Below are positions 50,274 through 59,218 of a DNA stretch of 64,000 nucleotides, piece after piece. The translations under genes were made by a program, and so were the position numbers. Location of the stretch: IMG/VR virus record IMGVR_UViG_3300020576_005257, positions 160,001-224,000 of that record; one strand, 5' to 3'. This DNA is from a virus (Duplodnaviria > Caudoviricetes). The stretch's first letter is position 1; every line of letters starts with the position of its first letter. The notes beneath the pieces were generated by a model, which was given only the letters and a program-made list of their open reading frames with translations, ran no database searches and was not told the origin of the DNA.

Positions 50274-50609
50274 ATGTACAACTTTGGTCAATTCATGGGG
50301 CACCTTGGTGTCCTCATCTCTCGTATTTTCACCGAAGCATATCGCCAATCTCAGTTCACTGAATTGGAGGATGCTGTTACTGGTAGAAAACCCAAACCTA
50401 CCCTTCAGGTAGTTAACACTGACTACGGCACTATCACCGTTAAATACGGCGATGAGCAAGTAGTCCTTGAACGTGTACGTCGTACTGACTCTTGGCAACC
50501 CATCGGGATGTTCCAAGGGGAAGTAGGCTACCTACGACCTGGCAAACTACCAATCCCTGGAAGGGATGCTGCCATCTGCTGGGCTAAATCCTACTTAGGT
50601 GCAGCCTAG
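50274..50609 (+). CDS. Hypothetical protein
   Basis: ORF with regional codon style. Confidence 0.65.
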   Translation: MYNFGQFMGHLGVLISRIFTEAYRQSQFTELEDAVTGRKPKPTLQVVNTDYGTITVKYGDEQVVLERVRRTDSWQPIGMFQGEVGYLRPGKLPIPGRDAAICWAKSYLGAA

Positions 50610-50631
50610 TCTCACCTGGAGTCTCACACCT

Positions 50632-50856
50632 ATGATGTTCCTCATCTCACTCATGCCATTCTTGGCAATCAACTTCTTCACTGTACTCTGTCTCATGACA
50701 GGGGACTACTCATCTGCAAGGGGTTATTTCATGACCTCCTTGCCATTCCTCTCCTTCGTTATCTTGGTTCCATTCTTCCACACCTTGTGGAGACGGAACC
50801 TTAAGCTCCTCAAAGAGCTTAAAGTCAAACAAGGAGGAGATAATGATCTCCTCTAA
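50632..50856 (+). CDS. Two-TM membrane protein
   Basis: Hydrophobic; GGAG upstream of ATG 50632. Confidence 0.6.
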   Translation: MMFLISLMPFLAINFFTVLCLMTGDYSSARGYFMTSLPFLSFVILVPFFHTLWRRNLKLLKELKVKQGGDNDLL

Positions 50857-51424
50857 CAGCACTGAATCTCTCTTCCCAGAGGACTTCCCTAATGTGTATC
50901 GCATTGGCATCACTGGACACCGACCACGGGGGTTACTTTCAGTACCCAACCATGGTTATGTGGACTATGCCTACTGCAATACCAAACTCCTTGAGTTCAT
51001 GCGGTCAACTATGTTCCCCATGATACTCAACAAATACCCAGATCCTGTCTGTATCTCAGGCATGGCTCTGGGTGCTGATCAAGCTTACATGCAAGTTGCT
51101 CAAGAGCTAGGATTCAAGACTGTTGCTGTTGTACCCTACCCGGAACAACCCAACATCTGGCCTAAAGCTGCCCAGGAACACTATCACCAACTGTGTGCTA
51201 ATGCCACAGAAGTGATTACAGTGTTTCCTTCAGGCGAAGCTGGCCTTCTTGATTTCCGTCAAATGCTCTTTATACGCGACAACCGTCTTGTTGACCGATG
51301 CACCAATATGGTTGCACTACACAATGGCCTACCTTCTGGTACTGGTCATACTGTAGGCTATGCTCACCAACAAGGCAAACCTGTCGCCAACTTCTGGAAG
51401 CTATGGAGACAATATCTCAAATGA
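50843..51424 (+). CDS. YspA/DUF1273 SLOG-family protein
   Basis: ITGHRP, ISGMALGADQ, RDNRLVD, SGTGHTV. Confidence 0.85.
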   Translation: MISSNSTESLFPEDFPNVYRIGITGHRPRGLLSVPNHGYVDYAYCNTKLLEFMRSTMFPMILNKYPDPVCISGMALGADQAYMQVAQELGFKTVAVVPYPEQPNIWPKAAQEHYHQLCANATEVITVFPSGEAGLLDFRQMLFIRDNRLVDRCTNMVALHNGLPSGTGHTVGYAHQQGKPVANFWKLWRQYLK

Positions 51425-51744
51425 AGAAAACTCACCCTACTCTTACCAGTCACCTCAAAGATTTTGAAGTCAATATCAAAACTTTTGAGGAGGCAGTCGG
51501 TACGTCTGCCGATATCACTGGTTATACGCTCAAAATGCGTACCCATTTTCACACTCTGCATGAGAAGGGCTTTATAAGCCCTGAACTTTATGCCAAGTTC
51601 AACAAGCATCTTGATTCCATCAATGATACTCTCCATGATCTTGGTCACGAAGCCTTCATCGTTTACGATTCTCTCACTGAGGAACAACTGTTCCTTGTAC
51701 AACTCACTCAGAACTCAGTTCCACCTGAGTTCATTGATCGTTAG
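51421..51744 (+). CDS. Hypothetical protein
   Basis: ATGA overlap with the SLOG gene. Confidence 0.65.
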   Translation: MKKTHPTLTSHLKDFEVNIKTFEEAVGTSADITGYTLKMRTHFHTLHEKGFISPELYAKFNKHLDSINDTLHDLGHEAFIVYDSLTEEQLFLVQLTQNSVPPEFIDR

Positions 51745-51826
51745 CAAGCATTCGCTTGCCATGTCCTAGCACTCCAAAGGAAGTGCTTACCCTAGCTATG
51801 CTAGGGGTTGTCTCACTAGTAACATG
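51735..51826 (+). promoter_or_regulatory. Three-hairpin leader, copy A
   Basis: TGATCGTT..3 hairpins..ACTAGTAACATG. Confidence 0.55.
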
Positions 51827-52465
51827 CAACACGTTCGATATGGTACAGCTCTGCTGACCCTTCCTACAATTCCTGCTCCCACTTCTGGTGGTGAGCCTCT
51901 ACAACATCCTGTCGTTCGGCATCTTCTTGCCGGACGTATTGACGATGCAATCGTTGGTATTCGAGAGCTGGGTCTTACCCAAGCTCGCCATGCTAATGGT
52001 ACCACTGTGTACTCTGGTGAAGGAATTGAAATCCTTCACACCACAATTGCATTGTCAGCTGAACTCAAACCTGACACATTCTCCCTAGACATCAACGACC
52101 GCTGTGTCATTAATGACAAACAGGGACGGTCTATGGACTGGGACTGCGATGGTGATCCCATTCAACTTATCCTCTTCAAGGAATTAGTTGATGGGGAAAT
52201 TATCACCAAAGCTATTCACGTCAAATTTCCAGCCCCCAAACTTCCACCTGTGTGGAAGATGGTTCCTCTGCCAGAACCTGTTCTCAAAGGTCTTTCCAAA
52301 GCCAAGGCAACTTCATTGATTAATGAAGGTCCTCCAGTTCCTGACTGGATTGCTGCTATGAAAAAGACTTTTACTCCACAGCCTATTGGCACCGTCACCA
52401 TTAGATGGTGGAACCATATCATGTCTCTTTATCATCAAGCATTTCTTAATGCTTCTAACAACTGA
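51824..52465 (+). CDS. Split two-barrel RNA polymerase, DxDGD-containing subunit
   Basis: VINDKQGRSMDWDCDGD (D107-D111)..GEII..VKFP..PIGTVTI aligns with the 36232 protein. Confidence 0.75.
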   Translation: MQHVRYGTALLTLPTIPAPTSGGEPLQHPVVRHLLAGRIDDAIVGIRELGLTQARHANGTTVYSGEGIEILHTTIALSAELKPDTFSLDINDRCVINDKQGRSMDWDCDGDPIQLILFKELVDGEIITKAIHVKFPAPKLPPVWKMVPLPEPVLKGLSKAKATSLINEGPPVPDWIAAMKKTFTPQPIGTVTIRWWNHIMSLYHQAFLNASNN

Positions 52466-52563
52466 TCGTTGCTCTCTTAGAGCACTATTCAAAAGCTCCA
52501 ACGTCGGTTGGACTTCCCGTCGGATGCTAGTCCGATAACTCACGCCTGGTTACTAATAACATG
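52463..52563 (+). promoter_or_regulatory. Three-hairpin leader, copy B
   Basis: TGATCGTT..3 hairpins..ACTAATAACATG. Confidence 0.55.
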
Positions 52564-54342
52564 AACCTCAGTCTGTTCAAATCAATTGTTTCTCCTTTGT
52601 CACAGGCTTTCCGTGACGACCTTGAAGGTCGCACTATGAAAGCCGCCCGTAAGGGCGAAGGAGCTGAACGTCCTCTCATCTTCGACCTCCCAGTCGAATC
52701 AATGGATCCAATTACTGCCGTATTCTATGGTAGTCGTGGAGCCATCTCCCAATCTGCCAATCTTGGCTATTCCTGGGATGAGGTGGAACTTGCGGCCAAC
52801 GGCCATATGCAATTCACCGAAGCCCGTAAACACAAAGATCCTAATCCAACCCGTCAGGCTTGGACTGATGATCCTGTTCAGAGTGATTATTCACTCGTTG
52901 CTTGGCTCATCAAAGGGGGCTACTTGCAAGTTCAAGAACTTGCTGCCACCCGTAAAGGTGTTCCACCTGCTATCTCTGTGTCTCTCTTCAATCCAGCTAC
53001 TGGAAAACATTCGGCATTCGTCTGGAAGAAGGATATGGGTGGTGATCACGTCGGTTTCTCAACCGTTCTGTATCCCGCCTATGTCTACGAACCTTCCACT
53101 GGAGAAGGCCGTGTAATGAGTCCTCTCGAACACTTGTCACTTTACGTGACTCGTCACTATGGTTGCTCTTGCAACATCACTACTCTGGGCTATGTCTCAG
53201 CCATCTTCAAAGGTGGCGGAGCTTATGCCCTTGAGTCATGCCTCAAGAAGTTCGTTGAACTTTTTGGCGATGTTGTCCCATCTACCATCACAGATGGTAG
53301 GCACACACCCTACAAGAATGCGAAGTTCTTCGCTTCTCGTACTGTTGTTGTGGACCATAGCTCCTTCCCCAGTTTCATGGGTAAGGAAACCAGCATTGAT
53401 GTAATGATGCGTATTACCGCCCAAGCTTCCAAAGCTTTTGGTGGTATCCATTATCCATCAACTGGTAGTCGTCCTTCTCTCCGCAAGCATTTCCTTGCTG
53501 GCGAGAATCGTTTCCCAGAGTTCTGCTCTGGTATGAGCGAAGCTCATCGACCTGGCCGCAATCGTTCTCTGCTTGTTCGCACTCTGCGTACCAGCAATAT
53601 GAAGGTTGCACTTGTGGTCACTGATTCCCTTCAGTGCTACATCACTCCCACAGGTATCGAGAAATCAAAACCTGAAATTGATACCTTCCTTCCACAGGTA
53701 TCATTCGAGCCAGTTGAAAACTGGCCTATGCTTGAACTCTCCAGTTGGTCTGGTAAGACCACTACTGTTTGGGTTTCTCCAAACCCTAAACAAGAGTCCA
53801 AGCGTGTTGGCAAGCTCCTTGACCAAGAGGGGTCTCGTTTCGAGCCCCGTGAGGTTGGACAATGGACTACTGAAGATGGTACTCCCATCGACGTTCTCTA
53901 CTCCACTGCTGAAGCTGAAGACAAAAAGCTCATGGCTTTCTTTCTCAGCAAAGCCACACCTCAGACCATCATTGGTCCAAAGGGTGAACAGATCAAAACT
54001 TATGTTTTTGATCATCACCTATTCCGTTCCGGTGTCGCATCCGAAAACATTCAACCACGTTTCTTGAAACAGTGGACTGTTGAAAGTTTCACAGGCAAGC
54101 TCCTTGCTTGTGTACTTCAGGATGAAGACCTTCGTTTCACAACCCGGAACAACTTCCAGATGCTAAGAGCTAAAGCTCTTTATGAGTCAGCAGAACTGCT
54201 TGCTCATCAACCAGAGGGTACTGAAGTGGAGCTTCTCAAAGAACTCCCATCTGACTTGTCAGATGAACAACTTCAAGATGAAGACACTCACGAAGCACTT
54301 ACTGTGCCAATCGGTGAGATTGTCGGCATCGAAGTCCTCTGA
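52561..54342 (+). CDS. Split two-barrel RNA polymerase, beta-like subunit
   Basis: DDLEGRTMKAARKG; RVGKLLDQEGSR (K418, R426); EDGTPIDVLY. Confidence 0.7.
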   Translation: MNLSLFKSIVSPLSQAFRDDLEGRTMKAARKGEGAERPLIFDLPVESMDPITAVFYGSRGAISQSANLGYSWDEVELAANGHMQFTEARKHKDPNPTRQAWTDDPVQSDYSLVAWLIKGGYLQVQELAATRKGVPPAISVSLFNPATGKHSAFVWKKDMGGDHVGFSTVLYPAYVYEPSTGEGRVMSPLEHLSLYVTRHYGCSCNITTLGYVSAIFKGGGAYALESCLKKFVELFGDVVPSTITDGRHTPYKNAKFFASRTVVVDHSSFPSFMGKETSIDVMMRITAQASKAFGGIHYPSTGSRPSLRKHFLAGENRFPEFCSGMSEAHRPGRNRSLLVRTLRTSNMKVALVVTDSLQCYITPTGIEKSKPEIDTFLPQVSFEPVENWPMLELSSWSGKTTTVWVSPNPKQESKRVGKLLDQEGSRFEPREVGQWTTEDGTPIDVLYSTAEAEDKKLMAFFLSKATPQTIIGPKGEQIKTYVFDHHLFRSGVASENIQPRFLKQWTVESFTGKLLACVLQDEDLRFTTRNNFQMLRAKALYESAELLAHQPEGTEVELLKELPSDLSDEQLQDEDTHEALTVPIGEIVGIEVL

Positions 54343-54356
54343 CATCTGTCACAATT

Positions 54357-54395
54357 ACCCCCGTAGGTGCAAGCCTACGGGGGTGTACATTTTTT
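54357..54395 (+). terminator. Intrinsic terminator
   Basis: ACCCCCGTAGG/CCTACGGGGGT followed by a T run. Confidence 0.7.
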
Positions 54396-54690
54396 CTTGA
54401 AACTATTCACGGTCCTTCTGGCATTCGCCTCCAGGAACATTCATAGTTTCACTAGGTTAGACTTCTAACATTTAAAATGTTTTAGACTTCTTGGAATACT
54501 GTTTCCTAGAGGTAGAAAAATCAATTTTGGGTAACAGCCTGAGCTATGCTCTCGTCACTTACCAATACTTTTTTTTGGCTAGCCCTACCACTGGGTGTAG
54601 ACAATCTCAAGTACTGGTATAGACTACGAGTAAAATCAATCTCGGGTTCTGTGAAACCCAAATTCAAAACAGAGGTCTAACTTCAAAACA

Positions 54691-55563
54691 ATGATTACCA
54701 AATCACCTTCCGCCACTCTCAATCTGAGTGCTCTCCGTACTGCTAACGAAGCAGTCGTTCTGGAGAACTTCACGATTGACCTTACTCTCTCCACTCCTGA
54801 GCCAATCGCAGAAGGTCCATTCAAGGGCCTTCCTCAAGTCGTTGGCGAAGGCATCTCCTTCCGGGGCACCGGAGGCGTCGAAAACCGTGTGTATCCCACA
54901 CGCATCGAAGTCCGAGCAGTCGAGTCTTCCAAGAATCTTCTTGAAGAAGACGAAGACGCTGAGGACCTCATCGGCTTCATCGGTCAACGAGTGACCACAG
55001 TTCATTCTGTCCTCTTCGGACGCAAGATGATCCCCGATCCCGATGCCAAGGTTGGCAAGCCCAAGATGATCTTGAGCCCTGACGAAGTGGAACTCCAGAC
55101 CATGCGTACTGGTCTTTCGTTCAACAAGAACTCGGCCAATCCCAACATGCGTTCTGTGTCTTTCATGCGAAAGAACACCAACTTGTTCATCCCACCAGGT
55201 GACAAGGCCGCAGCTGCTGAAGCAGCCGACTCCGAATCCAAGGCTTCTGCTACTAGCGAAGTTGGTAAGCGAGTCCTCAATGCGTTCAATGCAATTGAGC
55301 GAGCTGTTCGTGACTCCTTTGAGGGCATTGACCTCAAACGATTCGAACAGGGCGGCGATCTCGCTCATCTCAGCAAGGAAGTCAAGGACGAATTCCGTGC
55401 TTACGACACAGCTGTTCGCAAAGTCGCAGCTCATCTCAAGAATTGGAAGCGTCCTTCAACTGATGCCAAGCCGAGTGTCACAAACACTCCAGCTCAGGCT
55501 AAGGTTGAAAAGACCGAGCCAATGTCCATTGACGATCTGGAGGCAGAAGTTAAGTCTTCTTGA
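54691..55563 (+). CDS. Hypothetical protein, probably highly expressed
   Basis: 290 aa, strongly biased codons, followed by a hairpin at ~55577-55607. Confidence 0.8.
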   Translation: MITKSPSATLNLSALRTANEAVVLENFTIDLTLSTPEPIAEGPFKGLPQVVGEGISFRGTGGVENRVYPTRIEVRAVESSKNLLEEDEDAEDLIGFIGQRVTTVHSVLFGRKMIPDPDAKVGKPKMILSPDEVELQTMRTGLSFNKNSANPNMRSVSFMRKNTNLFIPPGDKAAAAEAADSESKASATSEVGKRVLNAFNAIERAVRDSFEGIDLKRFEQGGDLAHLSKEVKDEFRAYDTAVRKVAAHLKNWKRPSTDAKPSVTNTPAQAKVEKTEPMSIDDLEAEVKSS

Positions 55564-55630
55564 TTCCAGCTTCATCATCCCCCTAGGTGTAACAGCCTAG
55601 GGGGTATCAGATAAGCAACCGGAGAAAACT

Positions 55631-56080
55631 ATGAGTTTCTTTATGCTCCTAGTCGCCACTACGCTGGCGATCTTCATCCTTATGGCTTCCATCAAAGCCA
55701 TCCTTACCGCTGTCAGAATGTGGCGTAATGGGGCACAAGTGTCCTCGACTGCCATGTTTATGTCAGCAGCAGCTGGAATCCTTCTGGTTTCCATGATGTT
55801 TACCAACCCAGTAACCTGGGCTGTACTCGGTATCACCGCGATGTACACCATTGCAATCGACATCTGTCGTGGCATTCTGTACAACCTCGCTGAATGGGAA
55901 ACTGAGTATGCTGCTGCTCCAATCACCTCGACTTTCGTAGGTCTTTGGAACAAAGGCAAGACTTGGAACGCAGACCGTAAGGTCAAACGTGCCGAGAAGC
56001 TTCCCAACACCGAGTATCAACAGGATCCTGGTGTTCCAGGTGCTGTCATCCAAGGTACTCCAGAACCTGTAGGAGCGTAA
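55631..56080 (+). CDS. Membrane protein
   Basis: GGAG SD; about 3 TM segments. Confidence 0.7.
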   Translation: MSFFMLLVATTLAIFILMASIKAILTAVRMWRNGAQVSSTAMFMSAAAGILLVSMMFTNPVTWAVLGITAMYTIAIDICRGILYNLAEWETEYAAAPITSTFVGLWNKGKTWNADRKVKRAEKLPNTEYQQDPGVPGAVIQGTPEPVGA

Positions 56081-56086
56081 TCTTAA

Positions 56087-56482
56087 TTGATTACACTCTT
56101 CCTCTTCATCAATGCCCTTGCACTTTTAACTATTGCGTATAACGCAGCAGTGTGCATGGTCTTCTCTGCCAAACAACAAGACTTGGTAGGAGCCCTTATT
56201 CAAGGTCTCGTATCAGCCTTCTCTCTCCTGCTTGCAGGATGTTGGATTATGCTAATGTTTGCTGGTCTTACATACCTGTTGCCTGGCGACTTTCTGCTAC
56301 TTGGAGTCAACATTGTGTTGGCTATCTGGTATTCAATAATCGCCAGCTCTGTCAAGGAGGAGATGGGGTATTCTGCCCCAATTTGTGCATTCGTCACAAA
56401 TAAAGTACTGCCTGGTATAGCCAGCTGGGGTGACAAACGTCGCACCACTAAGGCAATCTCAGCCGACCCTGTTGCAGTTTAA
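56087..56482 (+). CDS. Membrane protein, possibly a paralogue of the upstream gene
   Basis: About 3 TM; YSAPICAFV vs YAAAPITSTFV; ends DPVAV vs EPVGA. Confidence 0.7.
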   Translation: MITLFLFINALALLTIAYNAAVCMVFSAKQQDLVGALIQGLVSAFSLLLAGCWIMLMFAGLTYLLPGDFLLLGVNIVLAIWYSIIASSVKEEMGYSAPICAFVTNKVLPGIASWGDKRRTTKAISADPVAV

Positions 56483-56547
56483 TCTGCAACCAAAAATCAG
56501 CTGTGGGTGTAACAACCCACAGCTCTACTCAAACGGAGTCTCACCAA

Positions 56548-56832
56548 ATGTTTGTTTACATCATCATCGGCCTTGCTACAGTTAGTGTAGCATTCGAGCT
56601 ATTCTTGTTCTCCAAGTTCCCAGCTCTTCTCAAATTTTGCAAGCAGTTCCCACTTGTAGGTATTGGCTTGTCCATGTTCCTCAGTGTATTCCTAGCTGGA
56701 TTGTTCCATGCTGGAGGAATGGCAGTGGCTGCTGCTGCTATCATTTCCACTCTTGCAACCGCTATCTATTACTCGGTTGCTAATGGTTGCCGTGCAATCA
56801 TGGATCGTTTTTTCTCTTGGCGTGAGTGCTGA
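56548..56832 (+). CDS. Membrane protein
   Basis: GGAG upstream of ATG 56548; hydrophobic. Confidence 0.7.
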   Translation: MFVYIIIGLATVSVAFELFLFSKFPALLKFCKQFPLVGIGLSMFLSVFLAGLFHAGGMAVAAAAIISTLATAIYYSVANGCRAIMDRFFSWREC

Positions 56833-56868
56833 TAAGCACCATGGCTCATGGCCATGTGTGTAAAACAA

Positions 56869-56901
56869 CGGGGTCCCTTTGAAACTTGGGACCCCTATTT
56901 T
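56869..56901 (+). terminator. Intrinsic terminator
   Basis: GGGGTCCC/GGGACCCC followed by TATTTT. Confidence 0.6.
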
Positions 56902-57928
56902 CCCCCGCCCCACTCACGTCCAACCCCAATTAACTGGGGTTATTTCCCGGCCACCACCGGGAATGTTCCTGAGTTGGCTAAGGCAGCTAAGTGAGACTCG
57001 CTGCTGAAAGCCAACTTTGGATAACTTAAATCAATTTCGGGTTCTACCAATTACTGGAAATATCTGGTATTATGGCCCGACTGACGGAGGATGATTAACT
57101 ATCATGAAGCTCACCTAAGACCACCCGTAAATGAGAAAAAACCGTTAAGAGCGGTATGATATACTGAGATTTTTTGTAGTCTACCTCATAGGTGTTAAAA
57201 GCATCTATGGGGTAATTCCCAATTTGACCGACTGACATTAGTTTCCTTGATGCTACTTGTTAGTGGTTAAAAACCAAAAATGGGTTGAACAACAACAGGG
57301 TTAAACCTGGTTCAAACCAAACAACACAAACATGCAGATCTTCCAGAATTTCTGCATCATAGTGGATAAGAGGGGATCACTCACCTCAAAAGAGAACACC
57401 AAATAAGAACCAGCAAAATACTGGTTCGCTAATTCGACAGTTAAGTCCAACATGAAAATCGGAGTTTCATCCATTCTCCTTCTCGCCATGTATAAACTTT
57501 GTCGAATATAAGCAAATCTCAATCACGATCTATCTGGTATGATCGGTGAAAGAAAAACCCCAGGGTGACGATCAGCAATGGTTGTCACCCCTAAACACAT
57601 GAAGGGATTCTGTATAAGAATAACCTATGGCTAAGGCCTTCAAAGCCCGAATAATGAGTGAGTAGGAGAAACCCCTACTCCTTTCACCTAAAGTTTTTCA
57701 GCCCGAGTAATGGTACAATCTCGGGTTCTGTTAATAAAAGTTGGGAAGCAATTCTTAACAAAATAGGACGGAGTAAATGAAAGAGCGAAATAGGGTCAAA
57801 CCTAATAGTAACTCAAATGCAACAAGGAATATAGCTGGATTACAAGGCATTCCTGTACCAATTGATATGAGCAATTATGTCAATTAGCAAACAGTGTTTA
57901 CATTGTTTTACTTGTAGTCCACCAATGT

Positions 57929-58009
57929 GTGAGGGTACCTCAGCGGTCAGAGGACCATCTCCGTCAAACGAGAAGGAAGTCATAGGTTCGAATCCTATTC
58001 CTTGCACCA
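57929..58009 (+). tRNA. tRNA-like gene with an enlarged anticodon arm
   Basis: GTGAGGG/TCCTTGC, CCTC/GAGG D arm, ATAGG-TTCGAAT-CCTAT, ACCA. Confidence 0.7.
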
Positions 58010-58044
58010 ATCTCCTTGCTTTCCTTTTAAGGAATCAAAACGTC

Positions 58045-58443
58045 ATGCTACAACTTACAGCTCAGAATGTTGAAAATATCTTTCTTGATTGTTTGTTCAA
58101 GGAAAATGAACCAACCGATGGTTACACCTTAGCTCAAGGTATCATGACTAATGTAGGATTCCATCCTGAAAGATTGAAGTCTCATCGTAATGAGATTGCT
58201 CAACTTTTCTCTCAACTACCTGACGAATTCATGCATGATAAAGGAAAAGGAATGTCATTCCTTAATGCCTGTAATACTAAGGATGATGTCCAATGGGGAG
58301 AACACCAAGATATGGAACAATTGTTCCTACTTGGTTTAGCTTCTAACCTTGTAACTCAACCATTTCCACGAGAACAATGGCATATGCTTCCTGGTAACGT
58401 TCCATACTACGTTGTGGATATATCCAGTGAGCTTGTCTCTTAA
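58045..58443 (+). CDS. Phage hypothetical protein
   Basis: AAGGA upstream of ATG 58045; MSFLNAC..QWGEH..MEQL. Confidence 0.75.
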   Translation: MLQLTAQNVENIFLDCLFKENEPTDGYTLAQGIMTNVGFHPERLKSHRNEIAQLFSQLPDEFMHDKGKGMSFLNACNTKDDVQWGEHQDMEQLFLLGLASNLVTQPFPREQWHMLPGNVPYYVVDISSELVS

Positions 58444-58451
58444 CTAATTTT

Positions 58452-58526
58452 CAGGAGATAGCTCAGCGGTAGAGCAGCTCATTTCAATCGAGCGGGTCGG
58501 TGATTCGAATTCATCTCTCCTGACCA
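58452..58526 (+). tRNA. tRNA with TCA anticodon (candidate UGA suppressor)
   Basis: CAGGAGA/TCTCCTG, GCTC/GAGC D arm, loop TTTCAAT, short variable loop, ACCA. Confidence 0.75.
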
Positions 58527-58530
58527 ATTT

Positions 58531-58876
58531 CAGACCACTACTAGTGTAATTGTGTCAGCAAGAACACTAGGTAAAGGATGTCTCTCACAAGGCAACCGAA
58601 ATCACTGTGACTCAACCTGATAAGTTGATGCTCACGGTGGCGGTCGCAGTTTAAAAATGTAGCCCAGCAGAAAGCTACTGATGGTTTCCTGTTCCACCCT
58701 AGTCGTAAAACAGGATACAATTTCTAGGTACTAAGTGGCCGCAAGCCATGATAAAGGATCGCAAGTCCTTTTGAAAAGCTTGGTTAAAATAACATCAATA
58801 AGGAAGGGCACATGCGTGGAGTTCCTGACCAATCCGGAATGGTCCAGCCCTAAGCAGGAGTTGCTGTTAACCTAGA
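58531..58876 (+). ncRNA. Two tandem candidate structured RNAs
   Basis: Multi-branch stems, GCAA-containing loops, CAATTT linkers. Confidence 0.55.
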
Positions 58877-58895
58877 TCAAAAAATAGGAGCACCA

Positions 58896-59213
58896 ATGAA
58901 CATCACAACTAACATTGAAGAACAGATATCTCGCATAATTCTGGAAGATGGACAATCTTCTCAATATGGTGTTCAGTATCTTAACTGTGATTCTGCTGAG
59001 ACTCACACAAAAATGTTTAATAGCAAGGAAGAAGCTGTTAAAATCTTCTTGGCTTGTTCCGAATTATTAATGATCTGTTCCCCATCAGTGTTATCCAACA
59101 ATGGGTTTATCTATGATCATCTTTTCCTTCTCAAAAAAGACTTCGTTAACCACAGGTTAACACCCATAGATGAGTTTCCAGATCTTAATAGAGATCTAAG
59201 TGAGCTAACTTGA
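58896..59213 (+). CDS. Hypothetical protein
   Basis: AGGAG SD. Confidence 0.7.
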   Translation: MNITTNIEEQISRIILEDGQSSQYGVQYLNCDSAETHTKMFNSKEEAVKIFLACSELLMICSPSVLSNNGFIYDHLFLLKKDFVNHRLTPIDEFPDLNRDLSELT

Positions 59214-59218
59214 CAATT

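Noticed and set aside
52463-52480. UGA suppression fusing the two split-RNAP ORFs
   Set aside because: An in-frame TAG follows four codons later and the second ORF is in a different frame
54703-55434. Long antisense or alternate-frame ORFs (also 22414-22947, 23970-24437, 15297-15743)
   Set aside because: Shadows of codon-biased real genes with no motifs
57877-58044. N-terminal extensions of ORFs 57877, 42509 and 43155
   Set aside because: They overlap tRNA genes; downstream ATGs are better starts
58452-58526. tRNA-Sec (selC)
   Set aside because: 7-bp acceptor, short variable loop and A73 do not fit tRNA-Sec
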